DNA of 64,000 nucleotides. Source: Entomortierella parvispora E1425 (lineage: Eukaryota > Fungi > Mortierellomycota). Below are positions 13,286 through 26,897 of the stretch, in pieces (positions within the stretch are counted from its first letter, which is position 1; each line of letters starts with the position of its first letter). The DNA lies in the NCBI GenBank assembly GCA_020891255.1, contig BQFW01000002.1:1922001-1986000 (forward strand). Reading direction: 5' to 3'. The notes under the pieces are model-generated. The model had not been told where the DNA came from. It made no database searches and worked only from the letters and a program-made list of their open reading frames with translations. Both the position numbers and the translations under genes were made by a program.

Positions 13286-15387
13286 TTATTTTCCAAGGCC
13301 ATCATTCAACTCCTGATCCTCGTCTTCCTCGTCTTCCTCGCCGTCCGACTCGTCATCATCTTCATCCTCATCTTCGGTCAAGTCCAGGTCTATCACTAGT
13401 GGTGTTCCCTCTTGTAGCTGGATGCGATCGGTCTTGATGTACCGCATCTCAGTAGCGATAGTTCTTTCGACAAGGCGTGGCCAAGTTGGCGCGGCTTTGT
13501 CCAGACCCTCCATGATCAAGTTGCGGACTGCTTCGAAGTTGCTACCATCATTCTCATAGAGAGCATGTCCTTTTATCACCCCCCACGCCTCCTCAATAGG
13601 GTTAAGGTCTGGGTGATAGGGTGGGAGCCAAAGAACATGGTAGCCATATCTGATATGAGAATATGAGATAATAGGTCAGTAAAAGAGAACGGTCAATTGC
13701 AAGAGAGAATGCAGTAGTACCTTGCAACGAGCTCCTCAACAGCAGCCGGGGGTTTGTTTTTTTTTGCCATCTCGTAGAGTTCGGGTTTCGTCAACTTCAT
13801 CAAGTCGTCCTTATTCAGGCTGCTGTTTTGCCAGACAAGGCGATCAGCGAGTTCTTCCTTCCGGTATTGAGAGAGTTTTTTTCTTGGTCTCTTCACTTGC
13901 TTCAGGATTCTGAACAGCTCGATGATGATACGCATTGTCCATACAGAATACAACCTTGGTGCGGCCCTCATTTTGGCAGTGATCGCAAAGCTTCTGCATA
14001 TAATCCTCGAAGATGTCAGCGCTCATGTTTGAATGATAATCGTCATTCCCACTCTTGGCCTCCCAGACAAGGGGGGTGCCAACCCATCCTTCGGCGCTTC
14101 CGGCATGGACAATGACATAGCGTCTTCCCCGGCCTAACTTGCCCTTACGATAAACGGTCATCCCAGGAATGTATCATGATTAGATTGAAACCTCATCGTG
14201 TTAACTCTCCAAACTGCTCGTCTCTAAAACCAAAGGGTATATGGATATAGAGTGCTTACCCTGTCAACGACATGGTACTGGTTGCAATACGACTCGTCCA
14301 GCCACACAAAAAAGGCGTCCTTGAACTCGTCTGAGTATCTCTTTTTTATATACGCGCACCTCTGATCTCGGATTGCCTGTGAGTCTTGGAAACTTTTAGT
14401 CAACCCTACATTTTTATAGGTGAACTTCATCCGGATCATAGTCCTGCGAATCGTTTCACGGCTCGGAATAGATCCACAGTCGGCATTCCATTCCCCCGTG
14501 ATGTATTTGTGCAGCCTGCTTAGAGTTACAGCCTTTCCTTGGGCGTTTAATGAAGTTGCTTTCCTTCGGAGGTCAGAAGCAACTAGACGTACGGTGCAAA
14601 AGCGTCTCCATCGACCCCTACGATCTTCTCTCACGCCAGTCTCTTCTGCTTGGCGGATGCTGTTTTGAGAGATTCCCAGATAGATCGCTGTCCTGAGATA
14701 TGGGTCTGCGGTGGAAACGCGAGATGCCAGGTCTCGTTCTGACCTACAGAGTTCTAAGCAGTGAAGTGCTGCCCGTCGTTCCTCTGCAGTCAGCATCTTT
14801 CCTTTTGGTCGTTTGTAAAGATCCTGACCAAGGCGAAGGAGTGTACCTTCTGGTGGCCGCTCAGACTGTAAGTTGCTAATTATCCGTTGCTGTTCAAAAA
14901 CCAACTCTTGTTGATTCTGAATTTGTTGTTGCTGATCACCGATTCTCTGTAGAAGGCCCTCGATCTGTAGCTTGAGGCTTGCTATTTGTTGATCTTGTTT
15001 CCACGCCTGTGTGTCCAATTCATTTAGCAATTGTCGCTGCTTTCCTATTACGGCGTTCGACTCTTTGCGTTTGCGTTTTATCCTTTCAACCTGATCCAGC
15101 GCCTCTTGTTCCTGCCACGACATCGTAGATGACGAAACAGAGGGCGCCGTGGAGACAGATCTTGAACGTCTACCCTCTGTTTCCATCGACCGAGAAAGAG
15201 TTAAGGCGAGCTGCAAGTCTGGATCATCTTCCAACTCCACTAAAGAGAGTGCCTCTTCCCATTGTGATAACTCCTGTTTGACAATTTGCTGGTCCTCTCG
15301 CTCTTCCCGAGCCTGCTCCTGCTCCCGCTTCCTACCTGAACAGAACATCAAAAACAAATCAACAGAAATTATTAATATTCTGTGCAA
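13286..15387 (-). mobile_element. Degenerate IS630-Tc1-mariner (DDE_3-type) transposase gene with spliceosomal introns
   Basis: WLDESY (D at 14296-14298), RRYVIVHAG, MDNAYHH (D at 13937-13939), LPPYHPDLNPIEEAWG (E at ~13592). Clean intron 13650-13720. Frameshift between MDNA and KKLSQYRKEEL; acceptor of the intron starting at 14259 appears broken. 5' end not resolved. Confidence 0.8.
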
Positions 15388-16450
15388 AGGCAGTCAGTAT
15401 TCAAAGCAAAGTTATGATCATGCTAATTTCGGCATTACTAATTCTTCTGATCATGCAGGAATGCAGTTTCTTGAAGTTCCACCGTGCTTCGGTCTCTCTA
15501 CTACCCAACTGAAAAGACTTCCCTAATCACTGCTCCGATAGCAGAAAGGCATATTAATAAGAAGGGCATCGAGAAACAGCACTCTCATTCAATTTCCATT
15601 GTGTGATGAGGATGGTGAATCTGCTCTGAAAGACATGCGATTGAACCTGGCCTAAGTAAAGGCATACCTGCGAACACAAAGGAAGTGGCATAGAGGAGGC
15701 AGAGTCAACGAATGTCGAGAAAAAGGGGATGAAAGTGCCAAAACCTAAAAAAAAAAAAAAAAAAGCCGAATTGATTCAAACGCAGCTCGAGGAGGAGGAG
15801 GTCGATGAGGATGCGGATTGCACAGACCCATGGAGAAAATCTTCACAATGCAGACATCTATCAGGAAGATACAGGCACCTTCTTGCCAAGGACTTCAAAT
15901 AAGCTTTTCTGGGACCTTTGTTAAAAGTTTTTGCTGACTCACGTTCTACCTCAAGTGTATGGGTCTGGAATCAGAGTGGAGAAAGGAAGTGGTGCTTATT
16001 CTGACTTATAGGCGTGGTCGCCGTGTTACTTCTTTGTTGTTGCGCCTATCCTAAACCTCCTTTCCTTTCCCTGACTTTCTAACCAACCCTTCAACTTGAG
16101 GTGTGGCGGCACGGCGTTACGCATGGGTTCGGGTTAATCTCAACCAGCGACTTCATGGACGCGTTCTTTGCAAATGAAAAGAGAATCAAGGTGAGGAAAG
16201 CGATCTGATCTCCAGAACCGACGTGAATGAACCCAGGGAACAGGAAATGAACAAATTTGCTCTTGTCGCACAAGCTGTCATAGAAGGCTGAATAAAAATG
16301 ACCCGCGCGGGGCTGTTCAACCCAGCCATTCTCCCAGGGCTCATTCCTAGATTGCCGCTCCCATTCATCTCATTCTGTTTTTGCTTCATCCACACAGTCG
16401 GCATTCGATTCGAATCAGCATCCAAGAAAAGTGAAAGGACGAAAAAAAAG

Positions 16451-17722
16451 ATGGCCTCGACCCATGGACTCAAGCGCTTTTGGAAGAAGGAACACACGTT
16501 AACTGTCGAAGAGGAGGGACAGTCGCGCTCGAAATCAGGCACAGCCACCCAAAAGGCGTCTTCCAAGGAGGATGTCCACCCTCACCCTCATCCTCTATCT
16601 GTACCTCGAGACCACGTCAAAAAAGAAAAGACCAAGAAAGCGGATCCAAGCGCTTATGAGAAGGAGCAGAATCGCAATATGGACATGGATGACGAGAACG
16701 ACAACGATGAGTCGTCTTCCGATCGTAAGGTGACCCGCAAAAGATCCATCCTTCTGAAACTCATGTTACCACCCGAGCCAGCCCCTGTCGACTCCCAGCT
16801 CTCCTTACCACCCATCGACATGTACAACCCCAACCCCAACCCCACCGCAATTGTCGTTCCATCCGCTCCATCATCGTCCTCGCGTTCAAGAGAGCCGAAA
16901 AAGGCCGTCAGCACCGCAACGAGTTCGTGGACAGCGACCAAAACCACGACCATGACGACAGAAGAAACAGAGTCGCGGACTGTTCACATGCCATGGTCTT
17001 GGTCTTGGTTCGGCCATGGTGCAAGGGAGAAGGGCGCAACCTCAAAACAAGACAAGGAACAGCGGCGAGTCAAGAACGGGGGCAAGGACACCAGCGAGCC
17101 CCTCATCCGGAGCTTGACAGTGACAGAGACGAAAACCGAGACCGTGTCAAGAACCGTCCAAGCCAAAGCCTGGATCTCAAAGCTAGGATGGAGCACTAAC
17201 GATAGCAGCGATGTACGACAAAGGCGGCGTCCCAATGGGATGAGCGGGGCTGCTGGAAGGGGTGAAGATTCAGAATTATCGGAAGGAATGCCCAGAGGGG
17301 CTATTGAGGTGGGACAACGAGAAATGGTCGGAGAGTTACCCCAAAAGTTGCAACATGAGCAACAGCAACAGTCGCAGACACTGCAGCAGGAGATTATCCA
17401 TCAAGAGATCCACAACAAGACGCGGACCGTTTCTTTGGTGAGCGTGAACGTTTCCGATATCTTTGGACTCGGCAAATGTCTCGAGGTCATTCTGGCTATG
17501 ATGAAGGCCCATGAACAGTTCCTTAGTCGTCAACCCCTTTGGCTTCAATGTGTGATCATGTCCTGGGAAGGACTGATGATGTTCCTGATCCTATGGGGCC
17601 TGTTACGCATCGTGGGCCTGGCTGAGATTGTGGTCTGGGGTGCAGATGATTTGGTTCGAGGAACCCTTTCGACAGTTCGGCGCGTAGGGCATGCAGTTCA
17701 GTTTTACTTTGCGTACCACTGA
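16451..17722 (+). CDS. Hypothetical protein, low-complexity N-terminus with C-terminal hydrophobic segments
   Basis: Uninterrupted ORF; likely start MASTHGLKRFWKK at 16451. C-terminal LWLQCVIMSWEGLMMFLILWGLLRIVGL is membrane-like. No recognised domain. Confidence 0.65.
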   Translation: MASTHGLKRFWKKEHTLTVEEEGQSRSKSGTATQKASSKEDVHPHPHPLSVPRDHVKKEKTKKADPSAYEKEQNRNMDMDDENDNDESSSDRKVTRKRSILLKLMLPPEPAPVDSQLSLPPIDMYNPNPNPTAIVVPSAPSSSSRSREPKKAVSTATSSWTATKTTTMTTEETESRTVHMPWSWSWFGHGAREKGATSKQDKEQRRVKNGGKDTSEPLIRSLTVTETKTETVSRTVQAKAWISKLGWSTNDSSDVRQRRRPNGMSGAAGRGEDSELSEGMPRGAIEVGQREMVGELPQKLQHEQQQQSQTLQQEIIHQEIHNKTRTVSLVSVNVSDIFGLGKCLEVILAMMKAHEQFLSRQPLWLQCVIMSWEGLMMFLILWGLLRIVGLAEIVVWGADDLVRGTLSTVRRVGHAVQFYFAYH

Positions 17723-17912
17723 TATTTATTCCGCCAGCAAATAAACCATAGAGTAGACGTAAGATAAGAAAATAACGGGAAAGGGACGTACGTCTTACTT
17801 CCTGTCTTCTCGTTTTTTTGATAACAACACGACAATGATCAAAAGGATGAGTGGTATTGTAGAATGATATATTTTTTTTTTGTGTAGACTTTCATCTTGT
17901 TCTTTGTAATAT

Positions 17913-19031
<1,119 letters not shown>

Positions 19032-19401
19032 TTTATGTTGCTGGAGAGGATGGATGGATGGAAAGGGAAAAAAAAGAGATGCGGAGAAGAAGGGCGAAAA
19101 CATGGGCAATGTGTGTTGCGTCTGCCGCGATGCATCGTGGTCACGTGCGGTGCCTAGAAAACGAGAAAACGAGCGAACCCTCACTGCCAGCATCTATCTG
19201 TCCTCCTAGGTCAGTGTCGGCAATGGGTGGCAGTAGGGATAGACACAGAGGAGAGAAGAAGAAGAGGGCCATGGACCTGCATCTACTGTCTATAGACTGG
19301 TGTACAAGCAGACAGACAGACAGACAGAGAAGAAGAAGGAAGGTGCGAAGCATCGCAGTGTCTGCCACAACGAACAACGAACAAAGAACGACGATCGATT
19401 G

Positions 19402-19408
19402 TGACTCA
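19402..19408. promoter_or_regulatory. Candidate Gcn4/CpcA element (TGACTCA) between divergent UBC13 and TRP1
   Basis: Exact TGACTCA 385 bp upstream of the TRP1 ATG. A 7-mer can occur by chance. Confidence 0.3.
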
Positions 19409-19786
19409 AAAAGAAATCAAAGCGGCGGACAGACGGGCTTCTGTGCCGTGTGAAACAACGCACATAATAATAAAACCCTTCTCCGCTGACCACTATTTTC
19501 CTTCTCTTTCATCAGCCCCTTCATCACTGCATCGACATCCTCCTCATCGTCCCTGTCCGACTGCATCCCTCTCTTTCCTTCTCTACCCTGTACGTCTGCG
19601 TCTATTCTGCTCTGCTACCCCTGCAATCGTTTAGCGCATCTCTCCATGTTCAAACGCTAATCTTGTTTTTATTATTGTTGTTGACCGTTGAAACTGTGTC
19701 CTGGAATCGCACAATAGACCCTTCCTCCTCTCTTCTCCTCTTCTCCCCTCTCAAACAAACAGTCGAGCCGACTTATTTTATCCACC

Positions 19787-22063
19787 ATGGCAGTTATTAT
19801 GATTGACAACTACGACAGCTTCACCTGGAACATCTACCAGTCGCTGTGCATCCTCGGTGCCGACGTGCGTGTCTACCGAAACGATGCGATCACAGTCGAA
19901 GAACTCGTCGCCCTCAACCCCACCCACCTCGTCATCTCCCCTGGACCCGGTCACCCCTCCGAGTCGGCCGGTGTCTCCAAGGCCGCTATTGAATACTTTG
20001 CTGGCAAGATTCCCGTCCTCGGTGTCTGTCTGGGCGAGCAGTGCATGTTTGAGATTTATGGAGGCACTGTCGGTTTCGCAGGCGAGATTGTGCATGGAAA
20101 GGTCAGCCCTATCAAGCATGACGGCAAGGGTCTTTACTTGAACATTCCTCAGGACATTGCCTGCACCCGTTACCATTCGCTCTCGGGTGTTATCTCGACT
20201 GTGCCCGAGGTGTTGGAAGTGACCTCGAGAACCGAGTCGGGCGTGATCATGGGTGTCCGTCACCGCACCCTCTGTGTCGAGGGTGTCCAATACCATCCCG
20301 AGAGTGTCCTCTCGGAGCATGGACAGACCCTGTTTAACAACTTTTTGCAGCTTCGTGGCGGTACCTGGAAGGAGAACCCTCAGTACGGCGTGGATTCGGA
20401 TGTCAAGCCCGCTGGATCGTCCGAGGCTGCCAAGGCTGGTGTGCCCAGCATCCTCAACAAGATTCTGGAACAGCGTCTTCAGGATATTGCTGCTGCCAAG
20501 GCCTTGCCCGGTCAGTCGGCGGCCGATCTTCAAAAGCTCATTGATCTTGGTTTGGCACCCAAGCAGATTGACTTTGTGGCTCGCATCCGTCAGAGTCAGC
20601 CTTTGCCTGCGGTCATGGGCGAGATCAAGCGTGCCAGCCCCAGCAAGGGCAACATTGATCTTCAGGCCAACGCAGCAGAGCAGTCACTCGCCTATGCCCG
20701 TGCAGGTGCCAGCGTGATCAGTGTCTTGACTGAGCCCAAGTGGTTCAAGGGCTCATTGAACGATATGCGTGTGGTCCGAGCCATGATCGACTCTCTCCCC
20801 AGTCGCCCTGCCGTCCTCCGCAAGGATTTCATTGTGGACACCTATCAGATTTTGGAGGCCCGTGTCTATGGTGCGGATACCATCTTGTTGATCGTGGCCA
20901 TGCTCTCTGTGGAGCAGCTGCATGCTCTTTACAAGTTTGCCGTTAAGCTCGGAATCGAGCCTTTGGTCGAGGTCAACAATGCTCAGGAAATGGAGGTGGC
21001 GATTGAGTTGGGAGCCAAGGTCATTGGAGTCAACAACCGCAACTTGCACAACTTTGAAGTCGATATGGAGACCACCACCAAGTTGGTCAACATGGTTCCT
21101 GAGGGCACTATTCTTGTCGCTTTGAGCGGTATCAAGGGCCGTGAGGATGTGGAGCGTTATGTCGAGCAGGGCGTCGGCGGTGTCTTGGTCGGAGAGGCCC
21201 TCATGCTCTCGGACGATAAGCGTGCTTTCATTCGTGGATTGTTGGGCTTGCCCATTGAGGAGGAGCCCTCCAAGGTTTTGGTCAAGATCTGTGGCGTTCA
21301 GACTGTGGATGCGGCATTGCAGGCAGCAGATTCCGGCGCGGATTTCATCGGCATGATCTTTGCAGAGGGCTCCAAACGTCAGGTCTCCATGAAGGTGGCG
21401 GCAGAAATTGTCGAGGCTGTCCGTGAATACGCCAACGCCACAGCAGCCTACGATGGAAGCTCGGATCAGGGTGCACTCCAGTCGACCTCGTCCTCGACCC
21501 CACAACAGGTCGCCAACCCCGATTGGTTCACAATGCATGCCCGGAGAGCGGAAAAGAACCCAAGGAAACCCATGATTGTGGGTGTATTTAGAGACCAGAC
21601 CTTGGAGGAGATGACCCGAGTTGTGGACACGTTGAAGATTGACTTGATTCAGTTCCATGGTGGCGAGAACCCCGAGATGGCCAAATTCCTGCCCGTACCC
21701 GTGATCAAGGCCTTCCATATCCGTGGCGACGAGTCCGCCAAGGATGTGGTCCAGACTCTTTCCGGTACCCGTGGATTGAACGCCTACTGTCTATTGGATG
21801 CGGCTGGCAAGGCGGGAGGATATGGTGGTGGAGAAGGTCAGGCCTTTGACTGGTCCATTGCCAAGGCTGTCGTTGAGAACTCTGCGGACAGTGGCGAACG
21901 ATTCCCTGTTTTGCTGGCTGGAGGACTCGATCCCGAGAACGTGGCCGAGGCCGTTCGTCAGGTCCGTCCTTGGGCCGTCGATGTCTCGAGTGGAGTCGAG
22001 ACCAATGGCGAGAAGGATGAGCAAAAGATCCGGGACTTTATCGAGCGCGCAAAGTCGGCCTAA
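19787..22063 (+). CDS. TRP1: Trifunctional tryptophan biosynthesis protein (anthranilate synthase GATase / IGPS / PRAI)
   Basis: Intronless 758 aa. IDNYDSFT, ISPGPG, GVCLG, GVQYHPES (GATase); EIKRASPSKG, LRKDF, GVNNRNL (IGPS); KICG, LAGGL, VDVSSGVE (PRAI). Confidence 0.97.
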   Translation: MAVIMIDNYDSFTWNIYQSLCILGADVRVYRNDAITVEELVALNPTHLVISPGPGHPSESAGVSKAAIEYFAGKIPVLGVCLGEQCMFEIYGGTVGFAGEIVHGKVSPIKHDGKGLYLNIPQDIACTRYHSLSGVISTVPEVLEVTSRTESGVIMGVRHRTLCVEGVQYHPESVLSEHGQTLFNNFLQLRGGTWKENPQYGVDSDVKPAGSSEAAKAGVPSILNKILEQRLQDIAAAKALPGQSAADLQKLIDLGLAPKQIDFVARIRQSQPLPAVMGEIKRASPSKGNIDLQANAAEQSLAYARAGASVISVLTEPKWFKGSLNDMRVVRAMIDSLPSRPAVLRKDFIVDTYQILEARVYGADTILLIVAMLSVEQLHALYKFAVKLGIEPLVEVNNAQEMEVAIELGAKVIGVNNRNLHNFEVDMETTTKLVNMVPEGTILVALSGIKGREDVERYVEQGVGGVLVGEALMLSDDKRAFIRGLLGLPIEEEPSKVLVKICGVQTVDAALQAADSGADFIGMIFAEGSKRQVSMKVAAEIVEAVREYANATAAYDGSSDQGALQSTSSSTPQQVANPDWFTMHARRAEKNPRKPMIVGVFRDQTLEEMTRVVDTLKIDLIQFHGGENPEMAKFLPVPVIKAFHIRGDESAKDVVQTLSGTRGLNAYCLLDAAGKAGGYGGGEGQAFDWSIAKAVVENSADSGERFPVLLAGGLDPENVAEAVRQVRPWAVDVSSGVETNGEKDEQKIRDFIERAKSA

Positions 22064-22639
22064 GTGAACAAGAGTTTTGGAACCATAGAATCTCATCTCT
22101 CACTCTCTCTTTCCTTGACTTTTTTCTTGAATACAAACTCCTCTTCAAGCTTCTTCATATATCAATTGTACCCTTGATTTTTCTGCAAAAATGAACATGA
22201 TGACTGACTGAGAATTAGAAAGAATATCTTTTTTTTTTATTTGCAGAAAAGAAATAGGAAAAAAAAGAGATCGACCTTCAAATAGGGGAGAGGGAGCGGG
22301 AAGAGAGGAAGTAGTAGTTTATGTACAGGGTGTGTTGAACAAGCGTCATAGGTATACAGGGCGAGGGTGAAGGAGAAAGAGCGCGTGCTTTGGAGGGCTT
22401 TGGCAGGGCAATATACAAGGTATTGTAAAAAACAAAAAGAATCGATAAAAAAACGAGAAGAGGCGGAAGGAAGGAATAGGTGGGGCGTCCTGTGTTGAAC
22501 AGGCAAATACAAAAAAGGTAGGAGGGGGTGAGATGAGGGTCGAATAATAAATAATAAGCGAGAAAAAAAAATGAAGCGAAAGAACGTTCAAAAAAAGACA
22601 TCAGCACGGAATAGAAGGGGGAGGAGGGGAACCCACTTC

Positions 22640-25600
22640 TTAAGCACTAACGACTTCCGCGACAACAGCGACAGTTTCCGCAGAGGGGATGGTCGCCTGC
22701 TTGTCTCCGGTCGAAAGTTGGACTTCCTGGACCTTGGAGGTGAGAAGATCAGCCGAGGCAGAGACACCATTCACGGGCGAAGCCGTCGCCGTTCTCTCGC
22801 CCTCCTGAGCATCAGCAGCCTCTTTGACCTGGGTGAGAATCGCGAGGTCCTCCTTGAAGATCTCAAAGATGCCGTTGGCCTCGTGGTAGTCATTATTGAC
22901 AATGTTGACCAGGTACCAGGTCTGCGCCATCTCCGATAACAGCTCACGGGGCTTGGACTGCTGAGGGTAGCATCTGGACCACTGTTCCCAGAGAGTGAAG
23001 GCCTCATCCTTCCAGGCATCAAAACTGGCGATGTCGACAATGGTGGGCTGGACAACCTCGCGGCCAGGGAAGACACCCCAGGTAACAGCATTGGGCTTGC
23101 AGGCGTTGGTGTTGGTCTGGAGATCACCGGCCTTGTTGATGGCGTTGTAGGTGAAGGTGGGGAACAGGCTCATTCGCTTCTGGAGCTTCTCCAGAGTCTC
23201 GGGAGAGACAAAGAACTCGAGATACGCCTTTTGGTAGACATAGCCTCCCTTGGGTCCCCATCCGAAGACCTTGTCGTCACTCTTGGCTCCATTCACAGCA
23301 GGCTGAGAGTTGATGGTCAAGTATCCGAGCGAATTCAACTCTACGAGTCGATCCTTGATCGTTCCGGATTCCAGAGCCAGTGCCTGGTCACTCCAGGGCA
23401 AGGTCAAGGTCTCTCCATGACAGTACTTGACAAACAGCTGACAGATGTCGCTCAACTCATTGGGAGTGCCCCAGTGTTGCACTGCCTCATCAGAAGTGTA
23501 CTTTAAGTAGACACCATATCTGTCCAAATCTCCAAAGGCGGGAGAACGGGAGTCACCCCAACGACCGTTAGGGAACTCGTCCCAGTTGTCTGTGCGACTG
23601 ATATAGGACTTTGCTCTGTTGGACCAGAAGATTGGACGAACGGATTCCTCCTTGCGCTTCTCGTCAAAGCTCGAGCGCCAAGGCATATTCTTCTTGATGT
23701 AGTCAGTCTTGTTGACCAAGCCAGCGCCCTCCAAGATCAAACGAGTGCTGCGCTCCAAGTTGAAGGTGTAGTAGTGAATGCCGCAAACGCCGCCCTCGAT
23801 CAACTCCTTGGTCATCTTGATGCCCACCTCAACACCGAAAGCACGAATAGCCTGATCGTCGTTCTAGAATCGATAAAGAAAATACAGAATTAGACTGAAA
23901 ACTCAAAAGGCCAGCTCCCTTGGATAGACAATCGATGACAAGAATAGGGATGGCTCTGTTTACCTTGATGGGTTCGATGCCGTCCAAGATCCACTGAGGA
24001 ATGCTCAATCCGACAATGTTCTTCTTGAAACTGGCGTATGCCTGAATGGGCATCACACCGGGAATGATGGGACAGTTGATGCCGACAGCACGACAAGCCT
24101 TGACCCAGTCCAAGAACATAGGAACGTCAAAGAAGAGCTGTGTCACAATAAAGTCAGCTCCGGCATCTACCTTCTCCTTCAAGAACATGAGATCCTCTTC
24201 CATGGTGGCAGATTCAGGGTGCTTCTCTGGATAACCAGCCACACCAATGCCAAAATAGTCGCCATGGGTCTTGCGAATGTAGCGAACGAGATCAGAAGCA
24301 TAGTTCAGTCCTCCCTCGCAGGCAGACCATTCCGACTGGCCATGAGGGGGATCGCCACGGAGAGCGAGAATATTTTGGTTGCCACAAGCGCGCGCCTCCT
24401 ATAAACAAAAATGTATTGCAGGTTGGATTAGCACATTGGAAATGACGTATCACAAATAGGGGGAAAGGGGTGAGGGTGGGGGAGTGGGGGAACAGGATCG
24501 AGCACGGACAGCGGTTGATTGCCCCAAGACCACTGTGTTTGCAAGAACCCACATGAAATCTGGAGCAACTGAAAAAAAGTCGTTGGGGTTGAACCACGTC
24601 GAGAGTAGAGAGAGAGTTTGGCACGATGCCCAGCCAGCAGGTTCAGTGCAGGTCCAAAAATGAGAGCACTCTTTTGGACTGCTAGCAGACAGTCTGGCGG
24701 GGTATCTCGAGTGTTTCCGACAAGTCGCGAGAGCGAATCAAATCCGCGGCTGCAGTCCATTTGCCCGTATCACATCATTTGGCGGCATTCCATCTCACAT
24801 GGCAATTTGCAGGCCACACACGGCTCAGCAAATGAAAAGCGTCCGATCTTCCCATCTTGCGATCACAACATCGAGGCAGGTGAAAGGGACTACTTTCTGA
24901 CCGTGCCCCTCTTCTTTGACGTTGGCAGGCCGTCGGTCGGAGATGAATCAACACACCAACCCTCCTACCCCATCGTCGTCGTAGGGCCGCAAGAATGATT
25001 CACACCTCACCCACTCACCCACTCACCCGCTCGCTCGCTGGCGTTGTTCACGGGCAAAAATAACAAAAAAAAGAGAGAGATAGGAAATCAAGGTTCTCTT
25101 CTCAGAAAGGCACCAGTAGCAAACTTACGCTGAGGGCCTTGTCAATCTTGTCGGTGGGGTTGTTGGTGCAGATCAAATGCATACACGTCTCCACACCGTA
25201 CACCTTTTGTGCATTCGAGACAACCTCCAGCGTCGCTGCTGGGCGGGAGCCACCAGCACCCCAGGTGATGTCAATGAACTCGGGTCCGAGGTAGCACATT
25301 CTCTCGATACGGTCATGAAGATTGACCATGCCCTAAAAGATAAAAGAAAAGGGATCAGCCTGGTTAGTTTCTCATTCCTCTTTCCACGCCTGTCATCGCA
25401 GACGTGGTCGTGTGGTGTGGGTGTGGGTGTGGGTGTGTGTTTTTGCATGCGAGGGATGGAATCAGATAGGCGGCAGAGGGTATTTCTGTCGCGTGAGGGG
25501 CCTGTGCCTCCTTTGTCCTGTCGATAACGACCAGCATTCCGTTGTGGAGAACAGGATGAACTGTGACAGGAGTGGACAGACAAGGCAGACAGTAAAGACG

Positions 25601-26069
25601 GACGAAACGATCTATCGATCGCTCATCGCGAATTAGACTGGCCCGATAGAGCTACAGGTTGGACCTGTCTGTTGGCATGCAACGGAGAAACAGTCGAGAG
25701 GTTGTCGTAGTTTGAGGCTCTTTGGTCGATGGCGAGCGCGGTGAGTCAGGGAGTGGGGAGGGGAGGTTCAACTGTAAAATGAGCTGACCCCAGGGTCAAA
25801 GGAAAAGGAACGACGCCCAGGGCCGAGCTGAGTCACAATTGGATAGTTCTGCAGATTTTGGTTTCCCTGATTTCCTGTTCAAGATGATATGGAAGCATCC
25901 GACGGAGCGGGGAGAGAGAGAGAGAGGGAGAGAGAGGACGAGGAAACCGAGCAAGAGAAGAGATGAGAGTGGAGAGGTGTACCTGGGCAGTCTTTGGCGA
26001 GAAGTACTCAAAGGAGAAGAGCGGGCGGCCTTCTTCCTGGCCCTTGATGATGCGGTCAATGATCTTCAT
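22640..26069 (-). CDS. MET13: Methylenetetrahydrofolate reductase (4 exons)
   Basis: Exons 26069-25983, 25332-25129, 24398-23964, 23863-22640. [49 protein letters not shown], and regulatory-domain [21 protein letters not shown]12 vs MET13 not resolved. Confidence 0.95.
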
Positions 26070-26329
26070 GGGGCTGATAGTAAAGTAGGGAAGGATAAAA
26101 AAAAGGGTGGAAGAAAGAAATAGAAAAAAAGAAGAGGGAGCAAGAGAGAAAGCGTTCCTAAGAGAAGGAATGAGGAATGGAAAGAAAAGAAAAAGGAGAA
26201 GAGAAAAGACCGAGATGGGATGGGAATGGGATGAGAGAAGAGAAGAGAAGAGAGAAGAGGACAGAAAGAGAACAGAAAGAGAAGAGAAAGGGAAGAGAAG
26301 GGAAGAGCGACTAAAGGACACGCTCGGGC

Positions 26330-26455
<126 letters not shown>

Positions 26456-26897
26456 CCCTTTCGCGCAGTAATGCAACCTGATAAGAAGAAGTGTTCTCAG
26501 AATGACTGATTGCACGCGCTTTTGTTGCTTTTGCGCACTCTCGCACTTTCGGGCTTCGGTGCTACGATATAGGCAGGCGGGCAGAGGTGGGAGAAGAGTC
26601 AAAAGTGGAGCGGACTGATTTGTCGCCTGGGCTTTTTTTTCTTGTCTGCCTGTCTGTCTGTCTGTCTGTCTGTCTGCCTGTCTGGTGTCCACTCTGTCTG
26701 ACACTGACACCGACACCGCCAGTCAGTCCACGAGAGAGGGCCCTGCATTCATCGCCCACAGGTCTCCCCTCTGTCCGTCAGTCTGTCCACCACCACCGTC
26801 TTCTTGCTCTTGGTCCCCCTCTTTTTTTCTCTTTCTTCTCCTCTCTTGTTCCCTGTTCATTCCTCATTCATTCCTTTGACCTTCAACTCTTTCTCCA

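Noticed and set aside
13144-16090. Terminal inverted repeats for the Tc1-like element
   Set aside because: Only a short CCTAAAC-type similarity between the flanks, which is not convincing.
19778-21718. Long antisense ORFs over TRP1 (also 43269-43850 over pirin and those over Sel1)
   Set aside because: Shadow ORFs expected from codon bias of the sense gene; no recognisable motifs.
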